The notes beneath the pieces were generated by a model that was not told where the DNA came from, did not search any database, and saw nothing but the letters and a program-made list of their open reading frames with translations. A stretch of 64,000 nucleotides of DNA from Eledone cirrhosa (lineage: Eukaryota): NCBI GenBank assembly GCA_964016885.1, contig OZ024764.1, positions 62,001-126,000 on the forward strand, in the 5' to 3' direction. This document shows, piece after piece, positions 22,379-31,168 of this stretch. Position 1 is the first letter of the stretch. Each line of letters begins with the position of its first letter. The position numbers and the translations under genes are program-made.

Positions 22379-23980
22379 ATGGACGGAATTTTCACATCTC
22401 ATCCTAACGTGAAAGCCACGCCCCCTAAGAAAGGTGATACAGAGAAGCTAGAAGCACAAGGCTCTAAGTCTTCCCTCCTGACTTCTGCAAAAGAAACATG
22501 GAACACGGAATTAAAAGAAAAATTTGTAAAAATGGGTGAAAACCCAGAAAGTCACATAAACGCAGACAAAAACAACAACGACAATAACAGCAATAGTCAC
22601 AACACCAACCAAGGAAAAAATAACGATAACACCAAACAAAGCGAACCCACTACTGGTACCTCCTTTGCACAGGCGGTCCGGAAAACACAAACCTGCAAGC
22701 AACTGGACATTACAACTCTGAGAGAAAAGATGAAGGAAGCGAAACAGTATGTAACTTTCAAAGAAGGAGGAGACTTCACAATCACCTCCCCACAAGAAAT
22801 CAAAAGAGACACGACGCTAAGAACGATATCTTTCAGAACAATTTCCAACATAACAAGGAAACCAACTCAATTATCCCAAAAAGAGATTGAGCTGGTCCTA
22901 AAAAATGTGTGGAGTGATATATCGTTCATACAAAAAGGGCCACTCTATGGGAATATAACGGTCCTAATGAAGGATCAATTGACGGCCAGGAAATACTCTG
23001 TGGCACCAATTGTTTCCAAGATATATACATTTTTCCCCACATATTTAGGGAAAAGAACGCAGAAGATAAGGGTCTCCGGAATCCGGCCAAATGCATGCAT
23101 TTCCTGGGTACTAACAGGATTTTTAGAAGACGAGGACGGAATCCTCTCAGTAGGAGAAGTCACCACAGACGTTTTCGGCGGTTTGAGCGTGGAGGTTCTG
23201 GTCCAAATGAGACCAGAACGAATAGCTAGAATACCACAGAGGGTGTCCCTCGATGGAGAAACATTTATATATATTTCAGCCGAGGGTAGGAGGCCCATAT
23301 GTTACTACTGTTCAAGCAGGGGTCATCTAAGGGCTGCTTGTCCTCAATTGACAAAAAAAAAGGCTCTTTTGCCTACACCCCACACACCACCACCGCCACC
23401 ACCACCACCACCACCACCTCCACCACTACCACCACAACAACAACAAAAACAACAGGGAAAAATAACACAAGACACGGCCCCACCCAAAACAACTCCCAAA
23501 ACACACACAAATACAACAAAACCCCAAAATACACCACTACCCGACAGCACGGACGAGGACCCAGCGGAAACGGCACCTAGTGACGAAGAGGGGGAACCCT
23601 TCCAACCTGTAAAAAGGAAAAAAAGAAAGCACCACTCGAACATAAACGAAACAAACACACAACCACCAACAAAAACAAAACAAACAGAACAAACAAAATC
23701 CGCCCCACCCCAAAACATAACACATACAACAAAACGTAAGCACACACAAGAACAACAAACAAACACAACACAAATAAAACAGTATACATACATTAACACA
23801 AATAACAAAGAACTAGTAAAAACAATACACAAAGACCCTTTGGTGGAAACTGAAGGGCAATTCTTTGCAAGCGCGGCCAACAAACCGCATTTAAAAATGA
23901 TAAGACTCCCAATGGACACCTATGCAAAACTAAGAGAGAACTTTCCTGAGGACGTGGGGAAAACGTACTCGACCCTATAA
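22379..23980 (+). CDS. Tx1-like ORF1 (gag-like, CCHC zinc knuckle)
   Basis: First ATG at 22379; SFAQAV motif, CYYCSSRGHLRAAC (C-x2-C-x4-H-x4-C), poly-Pro, FQPVKRKKRK basic patch. Confidence 0.88.
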   Translation: MDGIFTSHPNVKATPPKKGDTEKLEAQGSKSSLLTSAKETWNTELKEKFVKMGENPESHINADKNNNDNNSNSHNTNQGKNNDNTKQSEPTTGTSFAQAVRKTQTCKQLDITTLREKMKEAKQYVTFKEGGDFTITSPQEIKRDTTLRTISFRTISNITRKPTQLSQKEIELVLKNVWSDISFIQKGPLYGNITVLMKDQLTARKYSVAPIVSKIYTFFPTYLGKRTQKIRVSGIRPNACISWVLTGFLEDEDGILSVGEVTTDVFGGLSVEVLVQMRPERIARIPQRVSLDGETFIYISAEGRRPICYYCSSRGHLRAACPQLTKKKALLPTPHTPPPPPPPPPPPPPLPPQQQQKQQGKITQDTAPPKTTPKTHTNTTKPQNTPLPDSTDEDPAETAPSDEEGEPFQPVKRKKRKHHSNINETNTQPPTKTKQTEQTKSAPPQNITHTTKRKHTQEQQTNTTQIKQYTYINTNNKELVKTIHKDPLVETEGQFFASAANKPHLKMIRLPMDTYAKLRENFPEDVGKTYSTL

Positions 23981-24140
23981 CCGCGTCCTCTTGAAACGTT
24001 TCCCCACCCACACCTCACCAAACACCCCCACTCCACCACAGAACAACACCCCACCAAACAACCCCTCCAATACGCCCATGGATATTGTGCAACCTGCTCC
24101 TCAGGAGCCGAACAGGTAGGTCCTTCCTCTTTTAACCAAC

Positions 24141-27100
24141 ATGGCTGATATAAGAGTTGGGTGTCTGAATGTACGTGGCCTGGGACTGTCTTGGAAACAA
24201 GGCAAACTTTTAAACGATCTCAGGTCGCATAGAATGGATGTAATGGCTATTTGCGAGTCCAGGATCAGCAGCGAGCACCAACTGGCGCCCCTCTTCGACG
24301 ACTTTGAGATCTTCGCATCTCTCTGTCAACCGGGGGGTGGGGGTGGAGTTGTCGTTCTGCTGCGAAAACACCTGGGCCTCGCCATACAGAAGGTGCACCT
24401 GGACCCGGAGGGTCGACTGGTGGTTTTAGACGTCGGCAGTAGTGAAAGTGGAGCCCTTAGACTAATAGCTGTGTACGCCCCTTTTTGGGCAGCGCGGCCG
24501 GAATACTTCCAACGTCTGGAAACTTTTCTGGGAACGTCCCGCTCCTTGCTTTTAGTGGGGGACTGGAATGGTATCCTGGATGCACGTTGGGACTATGTAG
24601 GGGCATGTGCCAATAGAGGGGGGTGTAAAAGCCTCAAAAGGTTAATCGGCCGATTTGACCTGGCCGATAGATATCGACTAGATTTTCCGACTGTACCACT
24701 ATGGACGTGGACCAATCGCAGTGGAACATCTAGGTCGTACCTAGATAGGGTCCTAGTTAGAGAGAACGATAGGGACACATTTAGCTGTCCAAAAATGTTC
24801 ATGGTTGACTATTCGGATCACAAGTTAGTGACCTGCATAGCCAACCTTGATAGAACCCATAGACAGGGACCCGGTTACTGGAAGCTGAACTTGTCCTTAC
24901 CGAGAAGCAAAGCTTACAGTAAACGGATTAGCACGTTAGTTAAGCAGAGTTTGACAGGGGCAATTGTCAACAACAGGTGGTGGAGCTCTCTTAAGAGAGC
25001 AATTAGAATAGAATCGATAGGTTTTAGTCAGGAATTAGCAAGGGATAGGAACAAGACGGAAAGGGAATTAGTAGATAGAGTAGAAGAGGCGATTAGGAGT
25101 GGCAATGTAGCCGGCGTGCTGGCATCAAGAATGGCCTTAGACCAGTTCTTTGAGGTGAAGCATGAAGGCTGCGTTGTCAGGAGTAAAATACGTGCTCTGG
25201 GTAATGAGGGAGCCAAAGCTGTGAGCTGGGCCCGAGTGACAGAGGCAAAAAGTGGGAACAAGTCCACGATTCGGTCTTTGAAGGACCAGGATGGGCGTGT
25301 GATCCTTGAACCTGGGCAGATGTGTGCGGCCTTTCAGCGGCACTTTGCACGACTGTTCGAGAGGGGCGGCGCGCCGGGTGAGACTATGGATTTCAATCCA
25401 TACCTCGACGGTCTGCCGCGCCTCTCGGACGCGGAGGCGAAGTCCTGCGAAAGGACGATTTCAGCTGCTGAGATAGGGGCGGCGCTGAGCCAATGCGGCA
25501 AACGCAAATCCCCGGGTCTCGATGGTCTACCATACGAGCTATATGTAGCGATGCCGGACTTGTTCTCCGATATCCTCGAAGCGGTCTACTGCAACTGGCA
25601 GCAGAACGGGAGAATTCCCAGTTCTGTGACCAAGGGCGTAGTTACGCTGGTGAGGAAGGATGAGAACAAGGGGGATGACATAAGTAACTTCAGGCCCATA
25701 ACTCTGCTAAATACAGAGTTAAAGATTTTGGCCAAGGTGTTAGCGAAGAGGTTGGCGCTTGTCGTTGGAAACCTGGTGGGAGAAGCGCAGACATGCGCAA
25801 TCCCGTCCAGGTCCATTCACGACAATCTCCACCTTATGCGATACATCATAGAGAGGGTAGGGAATGAACCCGGCTTTGGTGGGGCCCTGATCAACTTGGA
25901 TCAATCTAAAGCTTTCGATAGGGTTGACCATCATTACCTGGATGCGGTGCTCGCGGCGGCAGGCTTCGGACCCGTTTTCAGGGGTTGGATTGCTGCGATG
26001 CACAGCAGCAACGTCTGCTCAAGGGTCAAGGTGAACGGCCACCTCTCGGAGCCGTTCCAAATCATGCGATCCATCCGACAGGGATGCCCTCTCTCCTCCC
26101 TACTGTATGTGCTGGCTCTTGAGCCACTACTGCGGAAGTTGGAGCGGTTGCAGGGCATCCCTTTGGAACCGGGATTGCAGAAAGCGGCGTCGGCCTACGC
26201 CGATGACGTGACAGTAATGGTGTCGAAAACCTCGCAAATCGGTGAGATCGGCACCTTACTGGAGGAATATGAAAGGTTTACAGGAGCCAAGCTGAACCGG
26301 GACAAGTCCGTCGGTTTGCAACTCGGAACATGGAGAGGCAAACCGATGCCCTCCAACGACGTCGTCGGACGCTGGACGGAGGGCCCGGTGAAGCTGCTTG
26401 GGGTCTGGTTCGGACCAGACCTCCAGGTGGAGAAAAACTGGAACGAGGTAACGGCCAGGGTGTTTGCACTCACCCAGAAGTGGGCCCAGTGCAAACTATC
26501 CCTGAAAGGTCGAGCGGAGGTGGCGAATACTTATATAGCATCCGTCATCTACTACCGCTTGACCGTCGTGCCTTGCCCAGTGAAAAGACTCGCCAAAATG
26601 GAGTGCGCGCTGTTCCAATTTCTTTGGAACAAGCGGACCCCTTTGGTGAGGAGATCCATCTGCTGTCAACACCCTTCGAAAGGAGGGCTGGGGATGCCGT
26701 GGCTACAGATGCGTAAACACGCATTAAGGCTACGGCACCTCCAGGTATTCCTCACCGGTCAACCGGTGTGGGCCCCGTTTGTGAGGCGAGCCTTTCCCAG
26801 ACTCGTCTCGCTCACCGAGCTGCAATCCTGGGTCAAGCAAAGACCGAGAAAAGTGGGCGACTGGCACATTGAATGTGCCCAGGCGCTCACGGCCCTCTGG
26901 AAAGCGGACCCGGCAATCAGTGGAGACTCCACCTCGACATTCTATAGAGGGTTGGTACGCAGCAGGTGCGACGATGCTCTCGGAGAAGCTCTAGGCATGG
27001 AGGAAGATGAACTGGCCAGTCTGTTCGGTAGGACGTTTGGCCCTGGACCGATGGACAACTTCCAAAAGTCCCTGGCTTGGCAGTGCTACCGAGGGGCTCT

Positions 27101-27578
27101 ACCCGTTCGAGACAAGCTCCACAGGCATGGGAGCCTGGGTAGAGATCCTTTGAATAAGATCTGTCCGAGATGCGTGCATGATGACGAAACCGTTGCGCAC
27201 GCATTCGTACACTGCCCAGGCATTGCTGACCTGTGGGGCTATGTGGAACGACTACTGTCGAGGGTGGGACCAATCCGGTTGACCACCGAGTCCATTGTCA
27301 CGATCAAACCGCCTCCCCCTTTCAAAAACGAAGGAGAGGCGGTTTTTCTCTGTGTGGTAGCCATGGCTAAAGAAGTTGTATGGTGGACGAGGCTGAAAGG
27401 GCTGAGGTCAGACACCTTTCTCTCCGGCCAACAACTGGTCCCCTTTTTCAAATACCATTTTAAAAGAAGGATCAGAATGGAGAGAGAGGTGCTCTACCCC
27501 AGCAAGTTTTATGAAAGGTGGGTGAAAGTAGGGAGAATGGCCAGAGTGAATGGGTCTTCTCTCTATATCAGCCTGTAG
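24141..27578 (+). CDS. Tx1-like ORF2: APE endonuclease + RT + C-terminal zinc finger
   Basis: LNVRGL, VYAP, GDWN, SYLDRV, SDH, GPGYWKLN; KSPGLDGLPYE, FRPITLLNTELKILAK, LDQSKAFDRV, RQGCPLS, YADD, GGLG, CPRC..ETVAHAFVHC. Confidence 0.96.
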   Translation: MADIRVGCLNVRGLGLSWKQGKLLNDLRSHRMDVMAICESRISSEHQLAPLFDDFEIFASLCQPGGGGGVVVLLRKHLGLAIQKVHLDPEGRLVVLDVGSSESGALRLIAVYAPFWAARPEYFQRLETFLGTSRSLLLVGDWNGILDARWDYVGACANRGGCKSLKRLIGRFDLADRYRLDFPTVPLWTWTNRSGTSRSYLDRVLVRENDRDTFSCPKMFMVDYSDHKLVTCIANLDRTHRQGPGYWKLNLSLPRSKAYSKRISTLVKQSLTGAIVNNRWWSSLKRAIRIESIGFSQELARDRNKTERELVDRVEEAIRSGNVAGVLASRMALDQFFEVKHEGCVVRSKIRALGNEGAKAVSWARVTEAKSGNKSTIRSLKDQDGRVILEPGQMCAAFQRHFARLFERGGAPGETMDFNPYLDGLPRLSDAEAKSCERTISAAEIGAALSQCGKRKSPGLDGLPYELYVAMPDLFSDILEAVYCNWQQNGRIPSSVTKGVVTLVRKDENKGDDISNFRPITLLNTELKILAKVLAKRLALVVGNLVGEAQTCAIPSRSIHDNLHLMRYIIERVGNEPGFGGALINLDQSKAFDRVDHHYLDAVLAAAGFGPVFRGWIAAMHSSNVCSRVKVNGHLSEPFQIMRSIRQGCPLSSLLYVLALEPLLRKLERLQGIPLEPGLQKAASAYADDVTVMVSKTSQIGEIGTLLEEYERFTGAKLNRDKSVGLQLGTWRGKPMPSNDVVGRWTEGPVKLLGVWFGPDLQVEKNWNEVTARVFALTQKWAQCKLSLKGRAEVANTYIASVIYYRLTVVPCPVKRLAKMECALFQFLWNKRTPLVRRSICCQHPSKGGLGMPWLQMRKHALRLRHLQVFLTGQPVWAPFVRRAFPRLVSLTELQSWVKQRPRKVGDWHIECAQALTALWKADPAISGDSTSTFYRGLVRSRCDDALGEALGMEEDELASLFGRTFGPGPMDNFQKSLAWQCYRGALPVRDKLHRHGSLGRDPLNKICPRCVHDDETVAHAFVHCPGIADLWGYVERLLSRVGPIRLTTESIVTIKPPPPFKNEGEAVFLCVVAMAKEVVWWTRLKGLRSDTFLSGQQLVPFFKYHFKRRIRMEREVLYPSKFYERWVKVGRMARVNGSSLYISL

Positions 27579-27815
27579 GTGAAAGAAGAGGAAAAAGAGG
27601 AGACGAGGGAAGCACCTACTCTTTGTGCTCCTGAGGAGAAGGGTTACACATTTTTTCCGGGGTGTGTGCGACCCATGTTAATGCCCCCTCCCTATTGAGG
27701 ACTTCGTTTGTTGTTGTTATTTCATTGTTATATTTTTGTACTCGTTAATTATATGTAAACTTCCCCCCTTGTATCTGTCCCTACCTTTTGTGCCCTAGTG
27801 GCAAATAAAGAAACC

Positions 27816-29153
27816 ACTCTATATATACTATTGTATTGTCACAGTGAAGGCTTTACCTCACATAATATCTCACATAACATTTACATTACTCTATATATAC
27901 TATTGTATTGTCACAGTAAAGGCTTTACCTCACATATCTCACATAACATTTACATTACTCTATATATACTATTGTATTGTCACAGTAAAGGCTTTACCTC
28001 ACATAATATCTCACATAACATTTACATTACTCTATATATACTATTGTATTTTCACAGTAAAGGCTTTACCTCACATAATATCTCACATAACATTTACATT
28101 ACTCTATATATACTATTGTATTGTCACAGTAAAGTCTTTACCTCACATAATATCTCACATAACATTTACATTACTCTATATATACTATTGTATTTTCACA
28201 GTAAAGGCTTTACCTCACATAATACCTCACATAACATTTACATTACTCTATATATACTATTGTATTTTCACAGTAAAGGCTTTACCTCACATAATACCTC
28301 ACATAACATTTACATTACTCTATATATACTATTGTATTTTCACAGTAAAGGCTTTACCTCACATAATATCTCACATAACATTTACATTACTCTATATATA
28401 CTATTGTATTTTCACAGTAAAGGCTTTACCTCACATAATACCTCACATAACATTTACATTACTCTATATATACTATTGTATTTTCACAGTAAAGGCTTTA
28501 CCTCACATAATATCTCACATAACATTTACATTACTCTATATATACTATTGTATTTTCACAGTAAAGGCTTTACCTCACATAATACCTCACATAACATTTA
28601 CATTACTCTATATATACTATTGTATTTTCACAGTAAAGGCTTTACCTCACATAATACCTCACATAACATTTACATTACTCTATATATACTATTGTATTTT
28701 CACAGTAAAGGCTTTACCTCACATAATATCTCACATAACATTTACATTACTCTATATATACTATTGTATTTTCACAGTAAAGGCTTTACCTCACATAATA
28801 TCTCACATAACATTTACATTACTCTATATATACTATTGTATTTTCACAGTAAAGGCTTTACCTCACATAATATCTCACATAACATTTACATTACTCTATA
28901 TATACTATTGTATTGTCACAGTAAAGGCTTTACCTCACATATCTCACATAACATTTACATTACTCTATATATACTATTGTATTGTCACAGTAAAGGCTTT
29001 ACCTCACATAATATCTCACATAACATTTACATTACTCTATATATACTATTGTATTGTCACAGTAAAGGCTTTACCTCACATATCTCACATAACATTTACA
29101 TTACTCTATATATACTATTGTATTTTCACAGTAAAGGCTTTACCTCACATAAT
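27816..29153 (-). repeat. 72-bp array, right part (~18 units, some 69-bp)
   Basis: Same unit as 21681-22206. Confidence 0.96.
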
Positions 29154-29216
29154 AGCTGGTTCGAACAGAAAGAGATGAGAGAAATCAGGCCTGATATGGC
29201 TGGTTTAAATATAAAA
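29154..29216 (-). mobile_element. Diverged left end of the same piggyBac-type MITE as 2753-4247
   Basis: Reverse complement ATTTAAACCAGCCATATCAGGCCTGATTTCTCTCATCTCTTTCTGTTCGAACCAGCT aligns with 2762-2818 ATTTAAACCAGCCATATCTGGCCAGAATTCTTTCACATCTTTCAGTTGAAACCAGCT; terminal CCC/TTAA is lost. Confidence 0.8.
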
Positions 29217-29309
29217 TAGAGTGTGTGTGTGGTGGGAGGTGATCGGCTTATATTAGGGTATATATGATGGGTGTTAAATAATTGTTATATATGTTTATCT
29301 TCCCGCCAG

Positions 29310-29452
29310 GTGTGGTAAACAAGATTCTATCTATGAAGGTGATTGTTCCCATCAGCCGGCTGACATATTGTGCCTATCTGGTTCATCCTCTTATTATCTT
29401 TTATTACAACCTTACACAGCTTCATCCACTAACAGCCTCACACATCAACGCA
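29310..29452 (+). CDS. nrf-6: Internal exon C of NRF-6/OACYL-like gene
   Basis: ccAG acceptor (29308-09), GTAAGT donor (29453); (G)VVNKILSMKVIVPISRLTYCAYLVHPLIIFYY... with the hallmark P.SRLTYCAYLVHP; phase 1 entry matches exon B. Confidence 0.93.
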
Positions 29453-29511
29453 GTAAGTATACAGGCCATGATTATGTCACATATTTGCCTCCACCCATGA
29501 CATTGCACTCC

Positions 29512-30733
29512 AGTACCCAGTCCACCCTGTAAACTGGTCATGTAGGTGTCACAACAAACAACATCCAGTCCACACTGTAAAGTGGTCATGTAGGTGTCAC
29601 AACAAAAAGTACCCAGTCCACACTGTAAAGTGGTCATGTACGTGTCACAACAAAAAGTACCCAGTCGACACTGTAAAGTGGTCATGTAGGTGTCACAACA
29701 AAAAGTACCCAGTCCACACTGTAAAGTGGTCATGTAGGTGTCACAACAAAAAGTACCCAGTCCACACTGTAGAGTGGTCATGTAGGTGTCACAACAAAAA
29801 GTACCCAGTCCACACTGTAAAGTGGTCATGTAGGTGTCACAACAAAAAGTACCCAGTCCACACTGTAAAGTGGTCATGTAGGTGTCACAACAAAAAGTAC
29901 CCAGTCCACACTGTAAAGTGGTCATGTAGGTGTCACAACAAAAAGTACCCAGTCCACACTGTAAAGTGGTCATGTAGGTGTCACAACAAAAAGTACCAAG
30001 CCCACACTGTAAAGTGGTCATGTAGGTGTCACAACAAAAAGTACCCAGTCCACACTGTAAAGTGGTCATGTACGTGTCACAACAAAAAGTACCCAGTCGA
30101 CACTGTAAAGTGGTCATGTAGGTGTCACAACAAAAAGTACCCAGTCCACACTGTAGAGTGGTCATGTAGGTGTCACAACAAAAAGTACCCAGTCCACACT
30201 GTAAAGTGGTCATGTAGGTGTCACAACAAAAAGTACCCAGTCCACACTGTAAAGTGGTCATGTAGGTGTCACAACAAAAAGTACCCAGTCCACACTGTAA
30301 AGTGGTCATGTAGGTGTCACAACAAAAAGTACCCAGTCCACACTGTAAAGTGGTCATGTAGGTGTCACAACAAAAAGTACCCAGTCCACACTGTAAAGTG
30401 GTCATGTAGGTGTCACAACAAAAAGTACCCAGTCCACACTGTAAAGTGGTCATGTAGGTGTCACAACAAAAAGTACCCAGTCCACACTGTAAAGTGGTCA
30501 TGTAGGTGTCACAACAAAAAGTACCCAGTCCACCCTGTAAAGTGGTCATGTAGGTGTCACAACAAAAAGTACCCAGTCCACACTGTAAAGTGGTCATGTA
30601 GGTGTCACAACAAAAAGTACCCAGTCCACACTGTAAAGTGGTCATGTAGGTGTCACAACAAATAGTACCCAGTCCACACTGTAAAGTGGTCATGTAGGTG
30701 TCACAACAAATAGTACCCAGTCCACACTGTAAA
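29512..30733 (-). repeat. 48-bp tandem array (~25 units), inverted relative of the 49-bp array
   Basis: Period 48; reverse complement TTTACAGTGTGGACTGGGTACTTTTTGTTGTGACACCTACATGACCAC. Confidence 0.96.
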
Positions 30734-30893
30734 TGTGGTTGGTGTTAAGAAGAGCATCCAGCTGTAGAAATCAAGCCAAAATCAGTTCTGTATGAGCAAG
30801 GCATGGTCAACAAATCTGACCTACTTCAAATGGGACAACTCGTCTAACCCATGCTAGCATGGATAAATGGATGTTAGTGATGATGATGATGAT
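30734..30893 (+). mobile_element. SINE family B 3' part, contiguous with the 48-bp array
   Basis: GGTTGGTGTTAAGAAGAGCATCCAGCTGTAGAAATCAAGCC ... CCATGCTAGCATGG ... (GAT)n tail. Confidence 0.85.
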
Positions 30894-30897
30894 TTAG

Positions 30898-31020
30898 CGA
30901 CCCTGTAATGATAAAGGCAAAGGCAACCTTGGCGAGATTTAAACTCAGACTCTAGAGGGCTGTAACTGTATGCCACAAATCATGATGTTCGACGCTCTAC
31001 CAATTACTGCCAATCCACCA
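30898..31020 (-). mobile_element. SINE family A, partial and diverged
   Basis: AAAGGCAAAGGCAACCTTGGCGAGATTTAAACTCAGA...TACTGCCAATCCACC matches 4490-4594. Confidence 0.8.
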
Positions 31021-31034
31021 CCCTTGGTTTAGTA

Positions 31035-31168
31035 CAGGGGTGTACAACAGGCGGCCCGCGGGCCACAATCCAGCCCACCAGACCAGTCAGAGTGGCCCGT
31101 GATGACAGTTTTTAATTTTTACCTTGTAGGCTTATTTAGAATCTTTTTCGTAACCGTAATACTTCTGT
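31035..31168 (+). mobile_element. Left end of a hAT (Charlie/MER58-like) non-autonomous transposon
   Basis: CAGGGGTGTACAACAGGCGGCCCGCGGGCCACAATCCAGCCCACC..TGGCCCG resembles the CAGGGGT..CAA..CGGCCCGCGGGCCA.ATCCGGCCC terminus; right end is not in the window. Confidence 0.65.

Larger units (their letters stand above)
22207..27815 (+). mobile_element. Full-length, intact Tx1/L1-clade LINE inserted in the 72-bp array
   Basis: ~170-nt 5' UTR, two intact non-overlapping ORFs, 3' UTR with AATAAA at 27804-09; array sequence on both sides. Confidence 0.92.

Noticed and set aside
2891-29219. Long HSKGFTSHNISHN-repeat ORFs (2891-3928, 21620-22198, 27798-29219)
   Set aside because: Consequence of a 72-bp (24-codon) unit lacking stops in some frames.
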